Shown in pieces: positions 1-12,300 of a stretch of DNA of 64,000 nt. Position 1 is the stretch's first letter. Every line of letters starts with the position of its first letter. The DNA is from the human T2T-CHM13v2.0 reference genome, Homo sapiens. The translations under genes and the position numbers were made by a program. The notes beneath the pieces are model-generated. The model did not search any database. It had not been told where the DNA came from and saw only the letters and a program-made list of their open reading frames with translations. Location of the stretch: the NCBI RefSeq assembly GCF_009914755.1, contig NC_060941.1, one strand, 5' to 3'.

Positions 1-559
1 CTATTCCGGTGCCAGCAGAGAACAGCGTGATTAAGCCTCCATTATTAACTTGCCAATCTTGTTTCTGGGGCACAGACGCTAACGGCTTAGGGGACCCAGT
101 TGGCATATAATGAGGTCTCCATGACAAATTACTTGGTTATCAATTAACTATCTGGGGAAATGTCAAGCAGGATCCATCATGCTGGCAGGAAGAGAGAGCC
201 AATTAACCCAGGGCAGTTCATCCAACCCACCGTCGCTGCGTCCAGCAGGGCCAGGAATGAGAGAAAGGGCCTGTGGAGCCCAGAGCAGGGCAGTTCCTCC
301 ACCCCCCCAGGGACGGTGTGACACCGGCTGCGGCTACACTGGTGGCAGCTTCTGCAGTCATGCCTCGCGTGCTCGGCGCACCACTCTTGCCTGTACCTGT
401 CTCTGTCCATTCATTCATTCATTCCACAGTCACCTGCATGTCAGACCTGGACCAGGCACGGATGGGAGAGGTGACTGAGGGCTGAGGTTAGGGAGGGACA
501 CACGTGCAGACTGCAGACAGGTGTCCCTGTCTTGTGTGGTCTCTGCAGTCAGCAAGATG

Positions 560-1125
560 GGTAACAGCATCCTCAGGACAGGGAGGAAAGAAGAGTTCAT
601 TCTAAAGGTGGTGGGGGGACAGAGAGAGCATCATAGCTGGGAGGAGAGAAGAGTTCATTTTAAGGGGGTGGGCGGGGGACAGCATCACAGAGCTGGGAGA
701 AGAGTTCATTCTAAGGGGGTAAGGGGGGGACAAAGCATCACAGAGCTGGGAGGAGGAGAGAAGAGTTTGTTCTAAAAGTGGGGGGCACAGAACATCATAG
801 AGCTGGGAGGAGAGAAGAATTCATTTTAAGGCGGTAAGGAGGGGACAGCATCACAGAGCTGGGAGAAGAGTTCATTTTAAGAGAGGGTGACAGAGTGTCT
901 CAGAGCCAGGAGGAGGAGAGAAGAGTTCATTCTAAGGTGGGGGACAGAGCATCACAGAGCTGGGAGAAGAGTTCATTCTAAGGGGCGGGGGACAGAGAGA
1001 CACAGAGAGACTCTGTGACAGCATCACAGAGCTGGGAGGAGGAGAGAAGAGTTCATTCTAAGTGGGGGTTGGGGGGTGGGGGCACGACAGAGTGCATCAC
1101 GGAGCTGGGAGGTGGAGGAGGAGAA
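560..1125. repeat. Degenerate minisatellite, ~46-60 bp unit (GCATCACAGAGCTGGGAG..AGAAGAGTTCATTYTAAG + G-run), about 9 copies
   Basis: The GAGTTCATT core recurs at ~593, 651, 702, 763, 817, 868, 923, 969 and 1049. Confidence 0.9.
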
Positions 1126-1249
1126 GCCAGGTCCCTGAGACAAGGGGCAGGGTGGGTGGCCACCAGGCAGAGGGTGCCCAGGCACAGCAGGGGACGGGGC
1201 TGCTCCAGGCTTGGGCAAGGGACCATTGACTGTGCACTGTCCGGACCTG

Positions 1250-1385
1250 AGCAGAATCTGGCTCTGCCGTCGCTGTGCTGGGAGACCTTGAAACAGTTTA
1301 GTAAAACCTCGCCGAGCCTCTGTTTTCTTATCTATAAAATGGGGATAATAACCCCCAGTTCTGGGAGTGTTGTGGGAACTAACAC
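1250..1385 (+). mobile_element. MIR SINE fragment
   Basis: Core-like gagcctctgttttcttatctataaaatggggataata. Confidence 0.7.
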
Positions 1386-2512
1386 TGTGGCCCCCACTTG
1401 GTGCTGGCTGAACCTGGTTCCTCCTTCTCCTCCCTACAAGAGAGGCCTTGGACCCACCTCACTGGTGAAGGCTCCCAGGGTGCACATGCCGGAGCAGAGG
1501 CGCAGGGAGGAGGGAGGCATCCTGGAGGAGGTGGCTTGGGCTGTCCTGGAGGAGGGAGGTGGCTTGGGCTGACAGCTGGCACACGGACGGGCCCGAGGCC
1601 GAGTGGCAGGGTCGGGGACTTTGGTCACTTATCAAAGTCAAAGCCCAGGACTTTTTGGGTTTTGCTTTGTTTTCAGCAAAGGCCCTTGGGTCACCTGCGA
1701 TGTGTCCCACCCTTGTGAGAACCAGTGACCAAGCCCTGGCCCTACCCTGTCCCCTGGCCTTTGCCTGTGCCCCCACCCTGCCCCTCTGGTAGCCCCCTCC
1801 CCTTGCCTACTTGGGGGTGATTGGCAGCTGCCTCTTCCCAGCCCCCCAGGCCATGGCACGGAGCCTCAAGCCTATTCATGATGCGGACATATGGCACCTC
1901 CACGGGGGGCTTGGAGGAAACTGCCAATTGCGAGAGTGCAGCGTGTCCCCATTCCAGCCCTGCCGGAGCAAAACAAACGCAAGTCGCGAGGGGAGCAGAG
2001 GCGGCCCGGGGGCGTGCGCATGTGTGCGGGTGTGCCTGTGTGTCTGCAGCTCACACCGCGGGGGTGCCGGGAGGAGGGGGGCTGCCCGATCCTTGGGAGT
2101 CTGCGGCTTTCAGACGCTCCTGGGGGCTCGGCTACTGGGGTCTTAAGGAGGCGAGCTGGCCCCCTCATTCCGCCCCGCAGGCCGTGCCTCTCCTGTCTTG
2201 AGGCCGCTTTTGCCTCCCCACACCTCTTACCCAGGACGCTGGGCTGGAGGCTGTGAACAGCCCTGGGAGCAGATCCCAGAGATGCTCTCATTCTTTCCGG
2301 AATCAGGACGTTCCCCCCAATGTCAAACCCAAGTCCCCAGGGCTCCAGGCTTAGCCAAACTCTTCTGTTTTATTGGAGGTGGCACCACCCCCATATCAGT
2401 GGGGGCACTGCAGCCACCAGTGCATGGCCCCCTAGGCCCCTGCCCCATGCTGGGCTCACCCTCCTGTGCCCAGCTGGGGACCCAGGCATGACAAAGCCCT
2501 GCTCCTGCGGCA

Positions 2513-2592
2513 GGGGAGGGCGTGGGGGGGTGGGGGGGCGTGGGGAGGGAGTGGGGAGGGCTGCAGGGGAGGGCGTGGGGAGGGCGTGGGGA
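2513..2592 (+). repeat. G-rich (GGGGAGGGCGT)n-like tract, G-quadruplex-capable
   Basis: More than 10 runs of three or more G with short loops. Confidence 0.75.
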
Positions 2593-5024
2593 GAGGCTGG
2601 CCAAAGGCCAGGCTCTGGGGGTCTCAGCACACTCCTCTCCCGACCCAGGGCTGGAGGCTGCTGCCATGGAAACCAGGCCTGTCCACCCACTGGCCATGTG
2701 CATCCAGGGGCCATGGCCACCACCTCCTAGCACCCAGCTCTGCCCCCCACCCCCATTCGGGGGAGTGAGAAGTCAGGAGAGAGAGGAAGGGCGCTAAGCA
2801 GAACCTGGAGGGTGGGCCTGGGGTACCAGAGGCTGAGGTGCTCAGGCAGGCTAAGGGTAAGGGGCCTGTCCCCTGAGCCCCAGCTGAGGGTCTAACCCTC
2901 TGTGCTGCTGGGAAGCTCCAGACCCTCTGCCACAAACCTTGGCATGCACTTCGGGCAGTGGCAGCCCCTGTGGGGTGTGTCCGTGGCACCCATCAGCCTC
3001 CTCCTTGTGGCTGGGGCCTAGGAGCAGAATCTGCACGCTTTGGGCCTTCCCCAGGGAGTCAGGGAGGCGAGGGTGCAGCCCGCTAGAGAGTGGCCCATCC
3101 ATCAGTTCCCTCCCAGGAGCGCTGGCTGGGGATGCTGGTGGGGAGGGGCTGCAGGGGCGGCTCTGACTCCAGCTCTGTCGACACCCTGTCCCCAGCACTG
3201 GCAGGCACCTGGGTGTCCTAATCTGTCTATAGCCTGGCCTTGGACGAGGGGCCTCTGCCCCAGCTGGGTGGGTGTTTCAGGGCCCAGGCCCCCACCTTGG
3301 CTGGCAGCGTGCACACCCGCCACAGGCACTGGGCCGACCAAGTTGCAGGCACCACTGTGCATCCAAGCATCTGCTGCCGCCGTCTCGGGGCAGATGGGCT
3401 GCCAGTGAGCTAAGTGTGTGCGGGGGAAGGGGTGCCATAGGAACCCCTCCCCGCCGGGAGCGCGGGGGCGGGAGAGGCAGGCACCCGCCGGTGGGGGAGC
3501 CGGGAGCCATCAGAGGGAGGGGGGCTGGGATCACATGGGCTCCAGGGTTGGGGAGAGGCCCATGCAGCCCGTTCCTGGGCCAGGGGCTCAGGGGATCTGG
3601 GCTCAGCCTCGGAGGATGCAGAGCCTTAGAGGTCCTGATCAGGGCTGGGAGACCTGTCACCCCTGGCCAGGTGGCCCTGGGCAAGTCCCTTCCTTCTGCA
3701 GGCCTCGGGCCCCAGGAGTGTGTGTGGATGGTCTAGAGGGTGCCTTCCCGCTCCGGAGCCCTGTGCCTTGGCAGGATGAAGGCGTCCTCCGCACACAGAT
3801 GCCTGCCATCTGCAGGGGCCTCCTGCCAGGGGACACCAGCACACCCTGCCAGACTGATCCGGGGCACGTGGGCTACACCTCCGCCCCTTGCTCCAAGGCT
3901 GTGGCTCCCAGAAAGGCTGGGGCCATGCTGTGTGTTAAGTGAGGCCACTTCGGAGTTTGCCAGCTTTCCCCAGTCCCTGCCTGGCCACAGCAGGAGCCCC
4001 ACGGTGAGGGGACCTGCCAGGCTGGGCAGGATGCTGGCCAGGGTAGAAGATCCTGTCCTGCCCCTGCTGCCCCCCAAGCCCATCACACTGTATCCAAGAC
4101 CCCTCAGGAGTACTGGGATCCGAGGAAGGAGGGAGTGTGGGAGAGTTGGCAAGGAGACAGCCCAAGGCCACCAACAGCCTTGGAAGCCGATTTGTTGGGG
4201 CATCAGGAGGGCCTTGAGCAGAGAAGACGACCCCACGGACAAACCCTGCAGCATCCCTGCTCCGGGAGAGGGGTGCCCACCCGGCCTCAGGGGGCTTTTC
4301 TTTCATGATGGCAGTAAACAGAGCAAAGTTGTCTGTGCTCAGTCCCTGTCCTGTGCCAGAGGCTGCTCTGAGAACTCAGCTCTTCTGTAATTGGCACAAG
4401 AATGCTAAGAGCCACCCTTATGCCCACTAGACAGAAGAGGAGACTGAGGCTGAGCAAGCTGGGGCAGCTGGCCCCGGCCAGGGGCCAACGAATGGCTGAG
4501 CTGGAATTTGAGCCTGAAGTCTGCTTGACCCCTTGGGCTTTCTGACCAGAGCACCCCACTGGAAGGGCACGTGTCCTCCAGGAGAGGCTGCCTGGTGCCT
4601 CCAAAAGTGCAGGGAAATGGGGCAGGTGGCCCCTCTGTGCCCCCTCCCCCACCAAGCCTAAGGGGGCCCCCATCGCCACCATGGCTCTCTCGGATTCAAC
4701 AGATGCCTCCGCCTGGCTGTGACTCAGCCTCTTAGTTTGTTGGTGGTTGCCTTTTTTTTTTTCTTTTTCTTTTCCAAAGTATGACATCGCCACTGAGCCT
4801 TGGCAGAGTGGCTCCCAGGACACTGGCAGGTCCCTCCCAGGCCTTGCTCAGGAGTGCCCATGGGTGGCCCCAGCTTGCAGGGGCCAAGGTGGCTGATGAC
4901 CAGATGCCATGACAGGCACCCCAAAAGGGCCTCGCCCTTGGACTGTGGCCCTGGGCAGACTCTGTTACCTTCAAAGTAGGCACAGCCCATCCCTTAGTTG
5001 CACCTGACTGGGGCACAGTGCCGG

Positions 5025-5165
5025 GGACACCTGTCCAAAGTCACCCTCCCCAGCTGCCTCACAGCCCAAGGACATCTGTCCAAAGTCACCCTCCCCAGCT
5101 GCCTCACAGCCCAAGGACATCTGTCCAAAGTCACCCTCCCCAGCTGCCTCACAACCCAAGGACAC
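5025..5165. repeat. Tandem repeat, 45 bp x3.1
   Basis: GGACAYCTGTCCAAAGTCACCCTCCCCAGCTGCCTCACARCCCAA starts at 5025, 5070, 5115 and (partial) 5160. Confidence 0.95.
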
Positions 5166-5397
5166 GGCGCGTACTTGACGTTGCAGATTGGGCCAGAAAC
5201 CCTCCTGGGGGGAGGGGCCCAGAGCCCTACTTTTCAAGGGTGGGCTAAGAAACAGAGGATTTGTCTTGGAGAAGACTTGCAGGCCAGGAGCACTGCCCAT
5301 TGCCAAGGCCAGTGGGCTGAGTTCCACGGAGAGAAAAAGGCTTTCCCTCCATGAAGGAAGCTTTCTTGGCATTTGGGACTATTGGTAGAGCCCACAG

Positions 5398-5757
<360 letters not shown>

Positions 5758-5969
5758 TAGCCTGTGTTTTGTGAGGTGGTGAGTTCCCTGTCCCCAGAAG
5801 GATTTCAGCAGGGATAGCATTCCTCACGGGACTGAGTCCCTGTGGTGCAATCAGAGAAAAGAGTCACTCACAGCTGGAGTTGGTCATTTCAGGTTCAAGT
5901 CCAGGCGTGTCTGTGTGAACTCAGGAGCAGGGTATTAAACCTCTCTCCTCATCTCTGAAATGGGATTTG

Positions 5970-6033
5970 GGTCTCCCTCAAAGGCAGTTCTGAGGTCACC
6001 CTCAAAGGCAGTTCTGAGGTCTCCCTCAAAGGC
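5970..6033. repeat. Tandem repeat, 24 bp x2.7, adjoining a MIR-like fragment
   Basis: GGTCWCCCTCAAAGGCAGTTCTGA repeated. Confidence 0.9.
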
Positions 6034-6604
6034 GAGACTGTGTGCAGAATGTGTGCAGACATTTTCATGCCCCAGTCTGACTCATGGCCCTGTGCACCTT
6101 GACAGGTCTCTGTCTCTGGGAGCCTCATCAGAAGAAATGGCTTAAACTCCACAGGGCGGGATTTGGGGAGGAGAAAGAGCTTTGGGCTATGGGGAGTCAG
6201 GAGACGAGGGGATGGCGGGGCTTACTGTCCTTTCAGTGACCCGAGAAAGAGGCTGGCTTGGGTGAGAGGAATGGGGCAGCTTCTCTTGCCTCTGGGACTC
6301 AGGAGAACCCAGGGCTCTGAGGCTCGGAGGGGGTCTGGAAGCTGTTGGGGAGCAGGTGGGGCGCTCATGGCATGTAGAACTGGGACATGCCAGGCAACAG
6401 TGAGGAGGCCAGGGGTGGTGGGAAACACCATCTGGCAGTGGCAAGCAGGTCTGGGCGTAAGAGGACAGACAATCCCACGTCCAGGACGACAGTCCCAAGG
6501 CAGTTGGCTCCTCCTGCCCCAGCGGTCCCAGCTGACACCCACGTCCTTCCCTCTTCTCCTCCTCCCTCCCCGGCTGCCCGTCCTGTGCCCATTTATCATG
6601 CCCA

Positions 6605-7030
6605 TGGTAGTGCCCCGAATGGTGGTCCCAGGTGTCCACCCACAACCTCAGAATGTGACCTTTTTTGGAATTAGTCTTTGCAGATGGAATAAAGTTAAAG
6701 ATTTCGAGATAAAATCATCCTGCATGAAGGGTTAACCTGAAATCCAATGACAGGTGTCCTCGAAAGAGAAAGGCAGAGGGAGATTTGAGACCCAGACACC
6801 CACAGGGGAAGGTAGAGGTGGGACAGTGGGAGAGATGCATCCACAGGCCAAGGAGTGCCGAGGTCCCCAGCACCCACGGAAGCTGGGAAAGCGGCCTGGG
6901 ACAGGGTCCCCGCAGAGGACCAGAAGGATTTTGGAATTCTGGTCTCCAAACCTGTTAGAGAATAAATGTCGGTTGATTTCAGCCATCAAGTTGATGCTCA
7001 TTTGTTATGGCAGCCCCCAGAGAGGGAGAC
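6605..7030 (+). mobile_element. MLT1 (ERVL-MaLR) solo LTR
   Basis: gaatgtgaccttttttggaa..ctttgcagat, aatccaatgacaggtgtcct, ending tttgttatggcagcc. Confidence 0.8.
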
Positions 7031-9129
7031 AGCCTCCCTTCCCGTCTCTCCAGCCCAGCAGACTGCTGGGTATTGGGGTTGGAAAAGTCTTTCAAGGGCT
7101 CAGGGAGTGCTGGGGTGGCCACCACCTTCTGAGCACCATCCTGTGCCTGGGCCTGCCTCCCTTGCAGCCCGAGCCCAGGCATAGGAGCCAGCTCCACTCG
7201 CACCTGCCAGCCTCAGCCTCAGCCTCAGAGGTGAGCAATGCCAGGAAGCCGATGCCTCCAGAATCCCTTGACCAACGGGGACGGCAGCGGGGCCCTGGCT
7301 TTCAGAACAGCAGGTGCAGGCTGCTGGGTCCATGCCCGGTGGGGGAGGCTGCACGGTTGGGCCCTTGTTCTTGGCTGTGTGGCCGCCGAGGCTCTCCGGA
7401 AGGTTCTATGAGCCTCCTAATATCTTGTATTGGGTTCCATTAAGCTGGCCAGAGTGGGTTCTGCCGGTTCCAAGTGGTGTGTGGGATGGGGAAGTGCTCT
7501 CAGCTCTGTCCCTGGGACAGGTGGGGGGTGGGCGCGTCACATGCCAGAGATCTGGGGTGAAGGCCTGAAGACCCTTCCCCTCCTGCTGGAGGAGAGCCGA
7601 CCTCCCCCACAGGGCCTCGTGGGAGTACAGGCGGCCAGCAGGCCCGTGGGAGATCAGGAGGGAGATGTGTTCATAGCCGGCACTCGAGGCACCTGGGTTC
7701 GGGACACACCTGGGCTCGGGTCACAGAAGCCCCCCATTCCCCAGGTTGAAGAGGCCTGGGCTTTCCCTGGGCCTGGCTCTCGCTCTCCTCCCCCAACGCT
7801 GCTCTGGTCCCCGGCGGCCTCCTCAGGGCCCAAGTCCTCCCTCCCCCTGTCCTCCTTCTCTCCACTACCCCCTTCTTAGAAATGAAGTCATCTAGAAAAA
7901 TAATCAAAAAATAGAAAGGAAAAAAACACCTTAGAAAATGGGATTTTTTTTCCCCTTCAAACATTTGGTGAGACACCTCCCACACGGATGAGTGGCCACG
8001 GGGCCTGTTTTGGTGTGAGAGAGACTTGGGCCTGTACCCTTGGAGTTGTGAGAGGCAGGGGGGCCTCCCAGTCCCACAGTGGGGGTCTACACTAGGCCTC
8101 CCCTCTGCAGCCTGGCCAAGGTTGGCCCCAGAAGCCTGAGGTCCCCGCCGATGCCCTGAGCAGGAAGGCCGCTGAGTCCCCGAGGCCGGGGTGCAAGGCA
8201 GGGTGGGAGGGCTGGCGGGGGCCAGGCCAGGGGCTGCTTAGCACCTAAGTGAGGCCCTGCCTCCGGTCTCTCCCCTCTTCCCACCCGGCCCACGCCGCTG
8301 CAGGGCTCTGGTTTGTTTATTTATAATTCATCCTCTGCCTGCTTCCAAGAAGGCTCCCGGCACTTACTGGAAAGCTGCTTCCTGAAGCTCCGTTGTGCTC
8401 CTGGCAGGCTCGGGCTCAAAGCCCGTCAACGCTTCCCCATCACTCGCAAAGGCAGACGACTCAGCCTGGCTTCCAGGGCCCTCCAGATCTGGCCCCCAAA
8501 TGCAGTCTTTCCGCCACTTCCTGATGTATCTCCTGGCCCCAGAGGGACCCTCCCTTACAATGCAGATTGCTCGAGGGACCCCGGGACCCAGGATACTTCC
8601 TCCTACCTTGGGATCAGACCCTCCCTCATCCCATGGCGCCTTCTCTGGTCCCGACAGTGGGGGACGTTGACACCTCTCTTCTGCCCATTGGCTGTCTGCT
8701 GTCACAGTTACCTGGTACAGGCTGCTCCTTCTGGCCCCAGCCCGACCTCCCCGGCCCTTGGAGGAGCTTAACCAAGTCAAACTATTGTTAAGGTTGATGG
8801 TGACAATGCCAGGGAAGGTGGAGGCTCCCCTCTGCCTCCGGAGTGGCATTGAAGACGGAGGTGCCTGCAGTTGGTCCCCACGCTCGATAGGCAGGAAGCT
8901 TTGGTCAGGAGTGGGGCTGAGAGGAGCCACCCTGGTGGCTTAGTCTGGACGCCTGACTGGGGGTTCCATGAGTGTGTCCTCGGGGGCTGGGTGGCGAAGT
9001 GTGACTCCACGGGCTGGAAGGGCGGGGACACAGTGTGGTGAGAAACAGCATGCAGGGCTGCAGGCGGCAGCTCTGCAGTCAGGGCTCTGGGCTCAGGGAG
9101 CTGTCCCCTGAGCAGGGAAGCTCACACCA

Positions 9130-9234
9130 GAATTGGTCAGGCAACCCAGGGATCTGTGAGGGATAAGAGATGGTAGTTGTGTGAAGCCTCTAGGCTTTGG
9201 GGTGATTTGTTACACAGCCAAAGCTAACTGATAC
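9130..9234 (+). mobile_element. MLT1 LTR 3' fragment
   Basis: tttggggtgatttgttacacagc...gctaactgataca terminus. Confidence 0.65.
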
Positions 9235-11618
9235 AGCCAGGAACTGCTGATGGCACAGCCGGAAGTCCCACCCACCCTTGAGAGATCAGCCCCTGCCTTG
9301 GGCAGGAAGCCCAGGAGGCTGTGGGAAGATCTCTGGCCTGCTGGAGGCCCCGGTTGCTGGTGCTAAGAGGAGGGGCAAGGAGGGACCAGGGAAGGGGACA
9401 CCCTGACCACTGGAGTGCTGAGGAGCGAGTTGGGGGGTGGCCAGATTGGGGTTAGCAGCTCGAGGGGCACACCTGGGGGGCTGTTTCCAGGTGGATACTG
9501 GAGGCCAGCCAGCAGGCTCCCTTGAAGCAAGCCCTCATGCCACCTTCCCAGCCCATCTGGGACCTCACCACATCTTGCTTCTGGGAGGAGGGTCACCCTC
9601 GATCCTGGGCCTGCTGCCTCAGGCTGACTCTTCCCTGCTGTGGCTGAGTGAGCAAGCTCGGGCCCTGGCCTGAGGGCCTGCTTAGTCCCCCTCTCAGATT
9701 TGCACCGGTCAGGGCCAAATAACTGGCTTAGCCAGGGGACCCTGGAAACCTCACTTCATTTCCTTCAAGCCCTAATTCCTCCATTGAAAAACAGGGCCCT
9801 GTGCGGAGGAGTAAACGCGAGAAAGCCCACGGGGCATCCATGCATATCCCCCTGGCTCAGGGCCTCAGCTTTCCCTTCTGTAAAATGATGCTATCTCTTC
9901 CGCTTCTCCCTCTGCCAGTCTGTACCTCCAACTTCTACAGAGCAGACCGGATGCCTCTGCCCGCCGGCAGGGCACGTCACAGGTAAGGGGTGGGGGCTGT
10001 GCCCCATCCTCCACCATCTGTGGGCTCCAGATCCCACTGGCCTGGCACCATCAGTCATGGCCAACTCCCAGCTTCTCCCTCCCTCAGCTTAAGCAGCCAC
10101 TGCCTGGCAGAAGGGGAGCCCTGGCATGGCAGGACCCTTGGGGACTGCCCTCAGGAAGCCTCAGTGGCCAGGGCAGATGCCAGCTGGGCTGTGTCAGGGA
10201 TCCTCTGCCACCTGGCAGACACACTACAGAGCGTGGCCTTTCCCTGCTGCCGACTCTCCTTGTCACTGAGTTCCGTGGGGCCACAGATGTCCTGGCCATG
10301 GGGGTCAATGCAGAACAGATGTCCATCCCTGGCCACAATGCTCTGTGCCAGAAGGACAGTGCCAGAATGGCCCCTTGCTGACACAGCCCCAGAACCCCTG
10401 ACTTTGGAACTGGGTGGAAGGGAAGAGAGGAGCCAGGTGACTCCATCTCCTGAAGGAACTACCTTTGGGAGCCCAGGACCGGCCCAGAAGCATCTGGCTG
10501 TGGGGTGGCCTACAGCCTCCTCCCCACATGGCTGGCTGGCAGATGGCTGCCCTGGCCTGCCCAAGCCACATGCCCGGCAAAGAGTTCCTCTGCCAGTGCC
10601 GGGGCCCACGAGGAAGCCGGCTGTCCGGACATTTGCATGCAATTCCGGGCAGCCCCGGATGCTTGTCTGGCTTCCAGCCTGGGAAGTGGCATCGAGCCCT
10701 GGGAAGAGGACAGGCTTCACGGCCACAAAGAGCTCAACTGAAGATCTGAATCCTGCATTTAGTAGTGGTGTAACCGGGGTCAGGGGCTTTCTGAGCCTGT
10801 TTCCTCCTCTGTAAAGGAAGGCTAATGTGTAAATGTGAGCTTGACATCTAGAGCCACATCCAGCACAGAGGAGGCGATCAATGATGGCTGGCTCCTTCCC
10901 TTCGTCCATGGCTCACGCCTTACACCTGCTGCTCTAGGCAGAAATGCCCCCCTGGGAACCCCTGAGAGGACTTCCAGAGACCCCACCCTGGAAACTGATC
11001 CCACCCTCCTCCTTCTCTGTGACTTCCACACAGCCTCTTCCTCATCATTCCTTCCTACCAGACTAAGGGGCCTTGAGGGTGATACCAGGTGTTCTCCAGA
11101 CAATTCAACACCTAGCAGAGTGCTGCGCGGGGCTGCCAGCATAAATCAATGACATCTTTCAGCCCAGAGGGTTCTGAGAGTGATTGCATTTGACAGCACT
11201 TCCTGAGGCGCCCCTGGCCTCCTGAGGAATGAGCTGTTCAGGGCATCTGGCAAGCAGGCACCAGTCCATGCTGGCACCCTTCCTTCTGGAGAGTCACCCA
11301 AGGGAGCCACCGATCGCTGCTAGAACTGGAGCAGAGTCCTCAAACAACAGTCTGCACACAGACAAGACCCGGGATATTTCTTTGATCCAGCTCCTGCCTT
11401 ACAGGACTTCATCTTCACCCATTCCTGAGGAAGGAGAGAGGAAAAAAAGACCTCTCATACACCCCCTCAGTCTAGTGTTTACTGAGCACACACTGTGATC
11501 TGGATAAGAGAGAAACTCTGCCGTCTTGGTGCTTTCAGACAATACACATCAAATTACATTATCAACGATGCTGGATGGCGCTAAGAGCCGGGGAGGGAAA
11601 GCAAGGGAGTACAGGCCA

Positions 11619-11808
11619 CAGACCGTCCTGGACTTCGAGTTTGACTTACATTTTGGCTTTGCCATGGTACAAACGCCATACACATTCAGTATACTCCTCC
11701 GCTTACAGATGGGGTTACATCCGGATAAACCTACCGTAAATTGCCTTACAATGCTTTAACCTATGATGGGTTGATGGGGAATCTAACCCCATATGACAGG
11801 AGCATCTG
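11619..11808. mobile_element. MER47-like TcMar-Tigger non-autonomous DNA transposon
   Basis: Inverted ctcct..atggggttacatccggataaacc / gggttgatggggaatctaaccccat..ggagcatctg, followed by TA. Confidence 0.6.
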
Positions 11809-11814
11809 TATAGG

Positions 11815-12300
11815 AAGGGGGCACGGTTTTCAATAGGTGGTCGCCTCACTAAGTGGGAGTCACAGGGTTTCAGGGGAGGAGCGTTCCAGGCCGCGGTAAC
11901 AGCAGGTGCAAAGGCCCTGAGGCAGGACGGGGCAGGGAGGTCCAGAGTCCACCGCGCAGAGACCCGGGAGGCCGGCAGGCACGGTGAGGACCTTGACTTA
12001 AACCCAGGAAAGGGGAACCACACTGGGGCATGACCTCCTGTACTTTCCGAGATCGCTCTGGCTCCTGTGTTGAGGAGACTCAGGAGGGGAAGGTGGAAGC
12101 GGGGAGACCCAGCTGAGACGCTACTACAGTCATCTCGGCGGGAAAAGACGGCTCGGAGCAGGGTGGTGGCAGAGGTGGGAGAAGAGGTCAGGTCTGGGGA
12201 AATTTCGAAGGCACAGCCAACAGGATGTACTGCCGGGCTGGATGCGGGGTGTTAGGGGTCAGGGAGGCCGCCAAGGCTCTGCCTGAGAACTGGGGAGGGC
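11815..12300 (-). mobile_element. L2 LINE fragment
   Basis: gcgttccaggccgcggtaacagcaggtgcaaaggccctgaggcagg and downstream L2-like motifs. Confidence 0.6.

Noticed and set aside
4020-4110. Minus-strand peptides LLRGLGYSV (caspase-like) and WIQCDG (zinc-finger-like)
   Set aside because: Short chance matches in different frames with no supporting flanking homology.
560-5165. Repeat arrays at 560-1125 and 5025-5165 as CRISPR-like arrays
   Set aside because: Eukaryotic DNA, no unique spacers, no cas genes. These are ordinary minisatellites.
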